Both the position numbers and the translations under genes were made by a program. A stretch of 64,000 nt of DNA from Octopus vulgaris (Eukaryota): contig OX597822.1 in assembly GCA_951406725.2 (NCBI GenBank), positions 34,782,001 to 34,846,000 of the forward strand. The letters are read 5' to 3'. This document shows, in pieces, positions 27,367-39,812 of the stretch. The notes under the pieces were generated by a model. The model made no database searches. It saw only the letters and a program-made list of their open reading frames with translations, and was not told where the DNA came from. The first letter of the stretch is position 1. Each line of letters opens with the position of its first letter.

Positions 27367-27520
27367 CAGGGTGCGTAAGATATTTGAGGACAGATATATA
27401 ACAGATAACTTTATCATAAAATGCTGTGAGGATAAAAATAAACGTTCTTTTCTATAATGTTATTCAATAATGCCACCTTCAGCTTCCACAACTGCTTGAT
27501 ACGATTGACAAGAACCCTTT
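27367..27520 (-). mobile_element. Tc1/mariner 3'-end fragment
   Basis: Reverse strand encodes QAVVEAEGGIIE*, typical of a Tc1/mariner transposase C-terminus; ends in a TIR-like ta|cagggtg. Confidence 0.6.
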
Positions 27521-30032
27521 AAAACGGTGACTCAGCACGATCGCATTCCCGGATTTGAAACAAGTAGCAGAATAAAAAAAGAAGCTAAAATGGCTATAAG
27601 CTAATTGGAATGGTCGTCTGAATAAAGAAATTAGAAATTGGAAGTAGTCACTTCGTAACTTCTCACCAAGATTCCAGGGGAATAACAATTTAGCTTTCAA
27701 TAAAATCCTTTAGCCACAAGTAGGAATCCTTTTTCGTTATCACTTTTATTAATTAACTACAAATTTGTCCTGTTCGAAGAGCCCCCTAATCACAGGAACC
27801 CTAAACATGATCACACGGTATATTTCTCTTCAGAAATAGAGTATACAAGACATATAGAAGGTATGAAGATGATCTGGTTGCTATTTCTAGCAGGGTAGGG
27901 ATTATGTAAGAAAGACTTCGCTGGCTTAGACTACCTGTATTAGGTTTTACTCTTTTATTGATCTGTACCTTGTAGGTTTGTAGTGATAAGTTTGTAGGCA
28001 ACCTTATTTGAATCCAGTGCTGTCATGTTTTGAGAGTCATCTAGAGTTACCTCCCCTGTCACATCGTTAACAACTAGGTGGCGCTCGTTAGATAGATATA
28101 AAAAGACACGCACAACCAAGTAATATCCTCTTTTCGCTCCCACGTGGCCTGCAGCTAACTACGTCGTCTCCATCCCTGTTCCTACTACGGGGCAACCCCG
28201 CGTTGATTTGCATATTGTTAAATCCTCTATACCAGTCATGGAAGGCGGCAAGACGAAAACCTCTTCTTATTCAACTTCCATCCTTTTCTGTTGAATGTTA
28301 ATATACAAGCTGTGTAAAAATGGTCTCATCCCGGATTGGAATAAATTCTCCATGTGCATGAAGTCTCCGAAAACTCATACGAATGTTGTTCCTCACTGGA
28401 TTAATTCCTACAGCTATCGAAGCGTGACCGAACATTATATTTAATTAGTGGGCTAAAAGATCACTAAAAGTTCAATTCCAATTGCAGGAAAAGTATTTTC
28501 CTTCAAATATCTTTGGATTGTCTTTATGTAGATTGTGCTGCTCTGTATTCGCGTCGAATGATGTTTGCTAAACTGCCTAGCCCGTCCCCACTAGGTATCG
28601 ACCAAATTTTTGAGACTGCAATCCGAACCTGTCTGGCCCACTAACATTCTATAATAATATTCTGGGTGCAGATATTTTTATTAGGCTGACTATCTCGATA
28701 TCTGAGTGGAACATGAGTTATGGATATCCTTGTAGTTCAGAAAGTATTGGATTTCATTCGTGTTACTTTCCTCACTTTAAAATAACAAGTACTTCCAGGA
28801 TAGTAATTCTAAGAAAAGAGTAAAAGGGCATTGACAATAAAGGTGCCTGATGATATTTCGTATATTGATTCGGTTAGGAATAAAAAATTTTTGCGTGAAA
28901 AAAGTATTGGATAACATATAATATTAAGATACTTAGGCGTTGAAAAGCGAAAATTTTGAAACAAGTAAATTCTAGTAGGTGTAATCATGAGAAAGATAAA
29001 TTTATTTCTGAAGCTCCAACACATCATTAGGTTTGATTGGGAACAAGAATATTGTTTTGTTTAAATTAAAAAAAAAAAAGGATATAATCCTGTAAGAAAG
29101 GAAGTTATAGGTGCAGAAATGTATATACCGTTTAATATATCTATAAAACAGAAATATAATTTCAATTCATTAAACGGTATTGATATTATATTGTTTCAGT
29201 TCTACTTTATCGTTGCAATCATCGGAAATGATGAGTTTACGACGTGGCAACTTTCAGAATGTTATCAAAAGCAAATGCATCAACAATTTTAAAATGTATT
29301 GACAGGTAATCACGTTTTGATAGTAATACTTTTTTGAAGGAGAGGAAAGGAAAAATGAATAAAATTGTTAATTTTTTTTTTGTTTCCTCCGTTTTAAGAA
29401 AATGAAAATTTACGCGTTTTAAGAAGAATGTGCTAAACCGAGTTTACTGTGTATCAGCTCTATTTGAAGAATACTAATGGAAATACAAATTAAAGGTAAA
29501 ATATTCCAAATAGATTCTTTAAGCTCAGATGCCGAATAATTTTGACGGTATAAACTATAATCTATAGTCAGATTGCTATATGTTTAGGAAGTTAAGTACT
29601 ACTTAATGTGTTATTAATATTGATTTTTATAAACCTAATCTCTCCTAGTAAAATAAACAGGATGTAGTATTCGTAAAGTCAATTTACTCCAAATATCAAC
29701 AGTTTCAATGCCATTTTATAAATTACAGCACTTCTCACAGAGCCAAGATATTAACATCTAGACGATTTGGTCAGGCAAGCTTTAAGTACGTATAATACTT
29801 AGGAACATCGCTTTAGTGTATTTACTGATGGTAGTGTTTAATGATAATTTTAAAGGATATTTGCTTTGATAGTAATTCATTTATAATGAAGAAAAATAGT
29901 GTGAAATTCTTTTAACATTTTTTCCTTGAAAATAAATTTGGAAATTTACACTTGGTAAAATTAAGTATCAAAACGTAAGTCTCTGCGCATCAAAACTTTA
30001 GGAAGAATCATAGTGGGGATAGAAATCAACTT

Positions 30033-30415
30033 TAGGCGACGGCGTGGCTGCGTGGTAAGAAATTTGCTTCCCAACCATATGGTTCCAGGTTTAGTCTTAC
30101 TGTTTGGAACCTTGTACAAGTGATTTCTTTTATAGCCCCGGACCGACTAAAGTTTTGTGAGTGGATTTGGTAGATGGAAACAGAAAGAAGCCCATCGTGT
30201 GTGTGTGTGATTGTCCCCTACCTCCGCTCGACAGCCAGTGGTGATGTGTTTACGCCGCTGTAACTTAGCGGTTCGGCAAAATAAACCATACAATAAGTAC
30301 CCGACTCATAGAAAACGTATTGATGTCGACTGGTTCGACAAAACTTCTTCAAAGTCGTGCTTCAGAATGACCACAATTTACTAAATGAAATACGTGAAAG
30401 ATAAGAGATAAAAGG
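30033..30415 (+). mobile_element. SINE family A, degenerate
   Basis: ggcgtggctgcgtggtaag...gagtggatttggtagatggaaac...taacttagcggttcggcaaa. Confidence 0.8.
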
Positions 30416-30455
30416 AAAGGCTTTTACAAGGATTTCTAAAGAGAAAAAAAATCTT

Positions 30456-30713
30456 ACAGTTCTATATTTAAGAGATGAGGAATTGTGTACATTATTTCCA
30501 TTCGAGGGATGTTTGTTGTTCCGGCTGATATACCCTCCAGCCTTCTTCATGCGTCTTGGGGAAATTTCGAACCTGGGTTCTCATTCCTAAGGTACTTTTC
30601 GATGTTATTATTATTATTATTATTATTATTATCCAGGTAACTGCTTGGAATCGAACTCGGAATCTTGGGGTTAGTAGCCCGCGCTCTTAACCACTACGCC
30701 ATATTCTCGTGGG
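30456..30713 (-). mobile_element. tRNA-headed element with a hammerhead-like 3' part (family E, copy 1)
   Basis: Reverse strand: A box tggcgtagtggtt, B box gagttcgattcc, (TAA)n, then atgaaga-a-ggctg(gagggtatat)cagcc-ggaac; homologous to 52304-52512. Confidence 0.75.
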
Positions 30714-31319
30714 AACAAAAAAAAATCATCTTCATAATTTGTATTGCTGAAATAAAATTTGCTTTTTGTCAAATAAGAATGTAATAGAAGGAGTCACAAT
30801 GCTAGCCTCTTAAGACAATAATCTCCGCTTTAAATCAAGTATTTCAGAGATATACATCTGATATTAACATTATGTCAACATACGCACTCAAACGCAGCAT
30901 CCAGGTTGATCTAAATTCAAGAGATGTAAAAGTTGGGATTATTCTAAAATTCTTCAAATAGCACTAAATTATCCTTTTAATCGCACCATGCCAGCCATCA
31001 TATCTACATGAATCTCTCTCTCTCTCTCTCTCTGTATTTGTCTATCTATCTATCCATCTATCATCTATCTATATATTACGTATCTATTTGTCTGTTTGTC
31101 TATCTATCTATCTAACTATTTGTCTGTATATCTATCCAGTTATCGGTCTAGCTATCTATCAGTCTGTCTCTCTGTGTATCTATCTGCCTATATATCTATG
31201 TATCTATCTGTCTGTCTGTCTATTTATCCAGTCATCTATGATTTATCTATCTATCTATTTATCTATCTATCCCTCTATCTATCAATCCATGTTTCTGTCT
31301 TTCTATTATCTATCGATCT

Positions 31320-31521
31320 GGCGGCGAACTGGCAGAAACGTTAGCACGCCGGGCGAAATGCGTAGCCGTATTTCCCCCGAGGTCGACTTTGCCTTTCATC
31401 CTTTCGGGGTCGATAAATTAAGTACCAGTTACGCACTGGAGTCGATGTAATCGACTTAATCCGTCTGTCTGTCCTTGTTTGTCCACTCTGTGTTTAGCCC
31501 CTTGTGGGTAGTAAAGAAATA
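31320..31521 (+). mobile_element. SINE family B inserted in a (TCTA)n array
   Basis: 16-bp TSD tattatctatcgatct at 31304-31319 and 31522-31537. Confidence 0.92.
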
Positions 31522-32030
31522 TATTATCTATCGATCTATCGATCTATCTATCTGTTTGTCTATCTATCTCTCTATCTATTTATCTCTCTAACTGTCTGTC
31601 TGTCTATCTATCCAGCTATTTATCTACCTCTGTGCGTGTGTGCACACGCGCGTGTATATGCATCTATGTATATCGCATAATACCGTTCGAAAACAGGATG
31701 TGATGGATACGGTTGGAATATCTCTTGGTCATAGGCGTGGTGACTGAGCACCGACGTGAGACTAGATGGAAATTTATCATCGATGGAATCTGTTCAGGGT
31801 AGAAAGTTATAAATATCTTTCACATCGTCCTCAAATCACAACCAAGTATTTTTTCTGAAGAGATAGAGAAAGAAAGAAAAAGAGCGGAGACATTGTAGTC
31901 TTTCGTATACAAAAATATGGAATGTGCATGACTGCGAAGCTCTCATATTATTAATTTACTTTATTAGAACGAACAACAGCAAAATAAACACGAGACCGCG
32001 CATATATATATATATATATATATATACACG

Positions 32031-32265
32031 GTTGTGTCTGGGAAAAGTCATTTTCTTTTTGTGACTTATAATTTCACACACTCACCGGTAAAATTTCCAA
32101 TTATTTCTTTTTTTATTTTTCTAAAGTTTTCGTTGCGCCTTACAATCTTTTCATGCATGACGCAACGAAAATGTTTGGAAAATAAAAATAAAAAGGGGAA
32201 ATTTTACCGGTGAGTATGTTAAATTATAAGGTACAAAAAGTAAAATGACTCTCCCCAGACACAAC
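32031..32265. mobile_element. Fold-back Penelope-like terminal module (inverted repeat, ~100-bp arms)
   Basis: gttgtgtctggg...ctcaccggtaaaatttcc...ttttcgttgcg pairs with cgcaacgaaaa...ggaaattttaccggtgag...cccagacacaac; lies between (TA)n tracts. Confidence 0.75.
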
Positions 32266-33487
32266 AGAATATGCTTCAACACACAGACTCATAAACAATC
32301 TTGCAAACCAAGTCCAAAAACGTAATATATATATATATATATATATATAGGTTCAGAAAAATTTAGATTCAGATGAATATGGTACTTAAGTTAAAGGCAC
32401 CAGAATTTTGTATGTATTATCCATATAAATCAATTGGGGTGATTATAATCAAAATAAGCAACAAGGATATCCAATTATTTGGATATATATATATATCTTA
32501 GTTCATTAAGTTATAATTGTTAAATAATGACTTAGACATATTTTACATGGCCACTTTTGTGGGTATTTTTGACAAATAAATAATACCGATAATTGCATAT
32601 ATGTCATTCACCATTGTCAGAAATCTATCATAACATTGTAATAGATATTTAGCAATGCTATTGTATTGCTCCTATACCATGAAATTATTTATATACATTG
32701 TTATATTTTAGAGATAATAGATATCACGAAAGAAACATACACATTGCCATAACCAAATATTTTCTGACACAACACAGACACACATATACAAACACACACG
32801 AGATGCACTTGAATGGATATAATTATGTTTTGATAATTTGGATTGTTTCCTCATACGCCTTCAAGGCTTCGTGTGTCTGAATGTAGGCAAGAGCACTCAT
32901 CGATGAATCTAAATGCATGAAACGGAACAGTTATTTGAATTGTTTAAGCTGCTTAAATCTGTTGAGCGCTTTTAAATTGGCCGTGTGTTTAGTGAAGTTG
33001 TTGGTCAGGTGATAAGTCTAATGGTTTGTAATATCGTTGCTGACGTTCGATACGATTGCCTGACACCAAGAGAGTTTTGTTTCAGATATCCACCATTTAG
33101 ACTGGCATTACTCGTATAGGAAGGCAGCTACTCCACACTTTGTTAGGCCATCCAGCTCCATATGAATCAAGGGTGAAATAAAATTTAAAATCATCAACAA
33201 TTACAATGCAACTAGCAAGACAGAGGAGCCCGGTCCTTCTCACTAATTAGTAGTTTCTAAGTTTAATTCTTTTAATACAAAGTGATTTTTCTTTGGTCTG
33301 TAACTGTTTATGTGGACCCATTAAAATATGAGCTAGAAAGCTGACCGGTATAAATATGTTTGGAGATACTGAGGAGAAAAAAGAAACAAAGGTAAAAAGG
33401 GTTAAAATGTATGGCTTGGGAGAAGTTTCACTCAGTTTATCAAGTTTAGAGTACGCTCAGAACCTACATACAAAATATGTTCTTTAT

Positions 33488-33670
33488 AGGCGTAGGAGTG
33501 GCTGTGTGGTAAGTAGCTTGCTTACCAACCACATGGTTCCAGGTTCAGTCCCACTGCGTGGCACCTTGGGCAAGTGTCTTCTACTATAGCCTGGGGCCGA
33601 CCAAAGCCTTGTGAGTGGATTTGGTAGACGGAAACTGAAAGAAGCCCGTCGTATATATGTATATATATGT

Positions 33671-33704
<34 letters not shown>

Positions 33705-33898
33705 CTGTGTGTATGTTTGTGTGTCTGTGTTTGTCCCCCCAAAATCGCTTGACAGCTGATGCTGGTGTAACTTAGCAGTTCGGTAAAAGAGACCGATAGA
33801 ATAAGTCCTGAGGTCGATTTGCTCGACTAAAGTCCGTGCTCCAGCACGGCGACAGCCAAATGACTGAAACAAGTGAAAGAGTAAAAAAGTAAAAGAGT
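33488..33898 (+). mobile_element. SINE family A
   Basis: Near-consensus head ggcgtaggagtggctgtgtggtaagtagcttgc; CORE-like ccttgggcaagtgtctt; (AAAGAGT)n tail. Confidence 0.92.
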
Positions 33899-35387
33899 AT
33901 CATGATACCTATTTATAGCAGAAAAAGAACCTTTTGCAGGACTAGACCTGCCATCGTTTCTGCCATGTCTAACCCAATTGTCATATTATCGGCATGTCAT
34001 AATTCTTCCATACTTGGCACATTTTTTTGGAAAATGTGGAATGCGGTAGTGAATATTTATGACATAACGTTGTATAACAAAATGAAATTCTTTTGTGCAT
34101 CAATAAAGGAACTCTGTATTAAAAGGGTATTTCCAAAGAAACATTTATTCAGCATATATTCTTTTGACATAAATGGCAATGACAAAATTCTAACAGCAAC
34201 CATGTTAGAAAGAAACCATTTTATATATGTTCACCTTTACGCAAGACAGTGATATTAATACGGATAAAAATTGTAAACGTCAAATGATATTCAGCATGTA
34301 ATTCGATGAAAAGTATTACATTTCTATTGCTCGCCAAAGCTGGCATTAAGTGAGGATGAGACATATATACGATATATTATCAATGGCCCTAATGGAATAT
34401 ATTAATGTAATTCAGTATATCACAGCCATTGCAGTTGCTGGCATTTAAAAAAATTATTTTGTCGTTGCTCTTTAAAACAGAGATAGGAATAAAAATCTGA
34501 TATATGAAAACACATTTTGTTACTGCTATTTCAAGCTATTTTTAAAAAAAAATTTATATCGTTAATTCACTTTTGTGAGATTTACTTCATTTTAACTGTA
34601 TATTTTAAATGAATAATCACATGGCAATGCTCAAGCATGTCAGTTGTTCGGTGAATGAGATTAGTTAAAGACTATCAGAATATACATAAATCCATGAAAC
34701 CTGTTCCCAATTTGTAGAAACTGAAGAAATATTTTCACACAAATTTTTGTGTATGTGTGCGGGGTTGAAGTAGAACTGTTTCGGATATTTCACGGCATAT
34801 TTATATATCTTTCTAGCTTTTAAAACAATAAATTATCCCTTTTGAATAGACGTTGTACTGAATGTACTCGGGACATTAATATATAGTAAGGACAAATTAA
34901 AGAAGGGTGGTATTGTAATATAAAACAAAATTGATGTTATCAATATCAGTTCATAAAACACATGATTTAATATTCTGTCAATCGATGCTAATTCCTATTT
35001 GACACATATAAATACTTAATTCTCTATACAATACATGTTCTTCATTCAATATGCGTTCATTGCCAACATAATATCAATTTCTAAAGCTAAACAGAATAAT
35101 TTAGAAACGTGACCGAATGTATAATCGACATTCATCGATACTGGTTTCGGAAAGTTCCTCTTTCAAGAAGTAAAGATGTAGGAAATATGGAAGTGACAAT
35201 TGTATATTGCGAAATCAGGACGTAGTGAGGTTAAACTTTATATTGCAAAGCATTACTTTATGTAACGTATGACATGAATGAGTATATTGAATGATATGAA
35301 ATGAATGAGTTTATTAAATGGTACCAGCTTCACTCACTCACTCACCGACTTACTCACTCTCTCCCTCTCTTTCCATATATAGAAATA

Positions 35388-36439
35388 TTGAGTTGGCAAG
35401 GAAGCGATTTGGTTTTTGTAGATAGAGTAACGATTTTTTAAAATGAGCTAGCCGTTAATTTTAACTTACTTTAGAAGCAGAATGTTCGTAATTTTGTTTA
35501 CAGCTGTTAGTTCAGTGTCAATTTTAACATGAAGTTCAAAAGCGAACATTTTCGTCATATTTTGCTGTTTTTTTTTTCCATAAAGGCAAGAAAGCTGCTG
35601 AGGGTCGAGGAGATATGTGAAGTTTATGATGTTGGTTGCTTAACAGAACACACATGTCAGAAATTGTTTTAAAAATTTCGTTCAGAAGATTTTTCACTCA
35701 AAGATGACCAACGTTCTGGTCGACCTACTGAAGTTGATGATGACCAAATCAAAGCTATAATTGAATCTAATTGTCATATAACTGAACGAGAGGTTGCAGA
35801 GGTTAAATGTATCACAAGCAACAATTGAAAATCAATCAAAATGTCTTGGACCCGTTCAGAAGTTCGATATTTAGGGTCCACATAAATTAAAAGAGATTCA
35901 CTTAACACAACGAATCAATATTTGCGATATGCATCTCAAACGCAATGAAATCGCTCTTCTTTTGAGGCGAATCATCAATGGTGATGATAAATAGATTGTC
36001 TACAATAACATCAATCCAAAACGATCATGGTCCAGGCGTTATGTACCAGCACAAACCACATTGAAAGCTGAACTGCATCAAAAACGTTCATCCTGACAAG
36101 TTGATGGGATTATTGGAGCTTGGTAGGGAAGTGATGTTACATCCATCATGTAACCCTGACCTTGCAATATCAGACTAAAATTCTTTCGAAGTTTGCAAAA
36201 TTCTCTGAACGGTAAAATTTTCAATAAGAATGATGACCTGAAATCGCATTTGCTTCAGTTTTTGGCTGATAAGGACGAGAATTTATATGAGCGCGAAATC
36301 ATGAAGTTGCCAGAAAGATGGCAAAAGTTCATGGAACAAAATGGAAAATATATAATTGATTAAAGTTCATTCTGTGTATGAAAAAAAGGACTGATTTTTA
36401 TTTCGCCCGAAAAAACAAATTACTTTCTTGCCAAATCAA
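35388..36439 (+). mobile_element. Mariner transposon relic with both TIRs, internally deleted
   Basis: TA|ttgagttggcaaggaagcgatttg ... caaattactttcttgccaaatcaa|TA; relic ORF from 35529: MKFKSEHFRHILL, DFSLKDDQRSGRP, IINGDDK*IVYNN, PDLAISD, KLPERWQKFMEQNGKYIID. Confidence 0.92.
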
Positions 36440-36443
36440 TATA

Positions 36444-36558
36444 ATATATAATGTCTCTCTCTCTCACTATCTCTCTCGTTATATAATATATATATATATA
36501 TATATATAATATATAATGTCTCTCTCTCTCACTATCTCTCTCGTTATATAATATATAT
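36444..36558 (+). repeat. Local tandem duplication (~45-bp unit twice)
   Basis: atataatgtctctctctctcactatctctctcgttatataatat occurs twice. Confidence 0.85.
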
Positions 36559-36684
36559 ATATGTATATGTAAGTATGTATGTATGTACATATGTATGCAT
36601 GTATGAATGTATGTACGTCTTATATATCGGTCGAGTCATTCAAGGAACATTCACATCAGAAATCTTGCAAACCAAATACAGGAA

Positions 36685-36726
<42 letters not shown>

Positions 36727-37205
36727 TTGCATCCGCCTCAATAATCTTTATGTTTTATCCTTTGCTTCATTTTTTTAATGTTATATTTCGTCTGCTTTCA
36801 ATTATTCTTCAACTTAAACGGAATCTTGCATTGCTTTTGTCTTGTGCTTTTTGTTCTTGTGATCGGTCACGTCTTCTCCTCTTCCATATTCGCATCCAAG
36901 ATTGAATTTCTCTTGTCATAAATTTCGCTTTCTGTTTGCAGTTCCTAGCTGTAACTGCAACTTTCTTCCTTTGCTTGATTTGCTTTTTGCTTTAATCCTA
37001 CCTCCATTTTTTCACCTTTGTTAACGCTGAGCCAGCCACATAATTCATTATTTGTTCCTTTTAAGAATATATATGTAGTTCCCTACACTTTCTTATACAG
37101 TCTGTCCCCACTTCTACTCGTAAGTTTGAAATACCTTCCAGTTATTGAAAGACTTCCAAATAGTAGGGCATATTATACAATTTTTTCTCCTCCTTTCATA
37201 TTTCT

Positions 37206-37241
<36 letters not shown>

Positions 37242-37754
37242 AGTCTCTCTCTCTTTCTACCTCTGTCGTTCTCACTATCATTCATTCATTCTCCTTACGT
37301 ATGTTATTTCATTGTGCTCCCATCTTTAATTTCCTCTTTCTGTTATAGAGTTCGATTTATCGTCTCATATCATTTTTCTCTTACTTGTGCTATGATTTCT
37401 TCTGTCTCTATAGCTGGCTGTCTCAAGGCTATTATCCGCCTCTTACTTTTTCAATCGAGCACTCACCTTTTCATTTATGTAATCCATCATTCTTTATAAG
37501 ACTGTCTTTCTCTTTTATGTATTTCAGCATTATCGCTGATTTCTTCTCCCATATTTCATGCTTTTGGCGTTACTTCTCCATTCGGTCTTTTTCATGCCTT
37601 CCCACGCATCCTACCAAGGTTAATATATTTGATTGTCTATTCATTATAAAACTTTATTTTAATTCTTAGGTAATAATATGTTGTTTTGTGTTATTACTCG
37701 TTATCAACGGAACATAATTTTCTCAAGCCTCCTTCGATAAATTTTATGTATTTA

Positions 37755-38057
37755 TGCGCCCTTTTCAAGCCTGGCCAGGCTCATCGGCCCGGTTTCCCGG
37801 TTTCTATGGCGTATGTGTTCCCCCCAGCTGGACGGGACGCCAGTCCATCGCAGCGTTACTCAAGAAACACGAAGAAAGAGTGAGAGAAAAGTTAGGGCGA
37901 AAGAGTACAACAGAGGTCGCCACCCCCCCTACCGGAGCCTCGTGGAGCTTTAGGTGTTTTCGCTCAATAAACACATACAACACCCTGTCTAGGAATCGAA
38001 ACCGCGATCCTCCGACCTGCAGTCCGCTGCCCTAACTACTGGGCCATTGCGCCTCCT
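37755..38057 (-). mobile_element. SINE family C
   Basis: Reverse copy ending gggccattgcgcctcc; TSD-like cctccttcgataaat on both flanks. Confidence 0.88.
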
Positions 38058-38829
38058 TCGATAAATGGACAAGTAAAAATTAGTGTTAAGAATACTTTTG
38101 ACCAATTAAGTTGCGTAATTACAAAAAGTGAATCAAAGAAAAGAATACGTGAGTAAATCAGCAAACGTATGCAAGTAATTAAAAGTAACTGAAACATTTG
38201 CGCGTTAAGTAAGGGACAACTAATATCCGTGAAAATTAGTTATAATGTGTGTCATCAGCAAGAAAAAACTCCAACAGGTAATAGTTTATAGTTTGTTTCG
38301 ATGAGGCGAGTCGGTAAAAAGCAGAATACTTATTTTCTTCTTTTCCATATTTTTGTGTAACTATAAGTTGTGATTTCACATATTGAATAGTTATGTACGA
38401 CAATGGATAACGAAGGGCCATACTTGATTCACATATTTTCGCAACAGATTTATAACCCAGCGAGGCACTCATCGCATCGTCAACAGACTTGGTAGAGATA
38501 GCAGTCACAAGTCCTTTAGAACATACTCGCACTATTTTGATGGACTGACGCAATCCTCTGTTCTCAGTGCATCAGAAAAAGAGAAAAAATAAGATGGACT
38601 TGCCTGTAATGTAGTTAGCCATAGCTGCTCGATGAAGTCTGTGTGGGGTATAATAACAATAACAAGAACAATAAATTCTTTTTTTTATATATCTATAAAT
38701 ATATTTTGCAGAATATTATTAGATTTCATGGACGTTTGAATTTTTTTAACAGCATCCCACGAACATCCCCAGTAACTGAGACCTTCGATTAGATGTATTC
38801 CTAACTTTACATCCTAGATATAATTGAAC

Positions 38830-39135
38830 TTGGCCCAGTGGTTAGGGCAGCGGACTCGCGGTCGGAGGATCGCAGTTTCGATTCCCAGACCGGGCTTTGT
38901 GTGTGTTTATTGAGCGAAACACCTAAAAGCTCCACAAGTCTCCGGTAGGGAGTGGTGGCGAACCTTGTACTCTTTCTCCACAACTTTCTCTCACTCTCTC
39001 TTCCTGTTTCTTGAGTAACGCTGCGATGGACTGGCGTCCCGTCCAGCTGGGAGGAACACATACACCACAGAAACCGGGATACCGGGCCCATGAGACTGGC
39101 TAGGCTTGAAAAGGGCGAAAGAAGAAGAAAAAGAA
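38830..39135 (+). mobile_element. SINE family C
   Basis: tggcccagtggttagggcagcggactcgcgg...gtttcgattccc; (GAA)n tail. Confidence 0.88.
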
Positions 39136-39649
39136 GTATTATCCAAAATGGTTAACAAATATTTTCAAAGAGAATATATTCTATAATTTGAGGTACCGAC
39201 TCGACCACGCAAGTTCTCCCCTCTTGGTTTCGGATACTGTCGATGTTCTTGGTTTCCTAGAGTTAAAAAGTATGTTTGAGTTAATACGCATAACGTTTTA
39301 CTCAGAAACAGCCAGTATATTTATATGTAAAAAACATTTATCAGTACAGATAAAAAAATGATGTCTGTCTGTCAGCTAAGCATATATCATGAAATTTATA
39401 TAGAGAGGATGTACATATGCACAATTTCCTTATGCAGAAAACTGTTGAATTTCCTCGGTCGGAAATTTAATGCAAGTGTGATTCATAACGGAAATATAGG
39501 ATTATTTCTCAGATTTAAAAAAATTATTATTCATATCGCAGACAATATACTCTGTAAATAGATCTTTATGTCAAAATATGTTGCCAGATATGTACATACA
39601 TACATAAATCCGCATATATATACCCGCATATCTACACACAAACACACAC

Positions 39650-39693
<44 letters not shown>

Positions 39694-39762
39694 ACAATTG
39701 TATATCTCCATTTTCTTTTCATTATACACGCACACATATATATATACACACATATATATTTA

Positions 39763-39812
<50 letters not shown>

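Noticed and set aside
27780-28750. Possible LTR/gag relic or small CDS (27955-28143)
   Set aside because: No paired LTR, PBS or convincing protein motif could be read
33902-34252. 116-aa ORF in unique sequence; likewise 38236-38553 and 40672-41013
   Set aside because: No recognisable domain, splice context or codon signal; compatible with chance ORFs or old repeats
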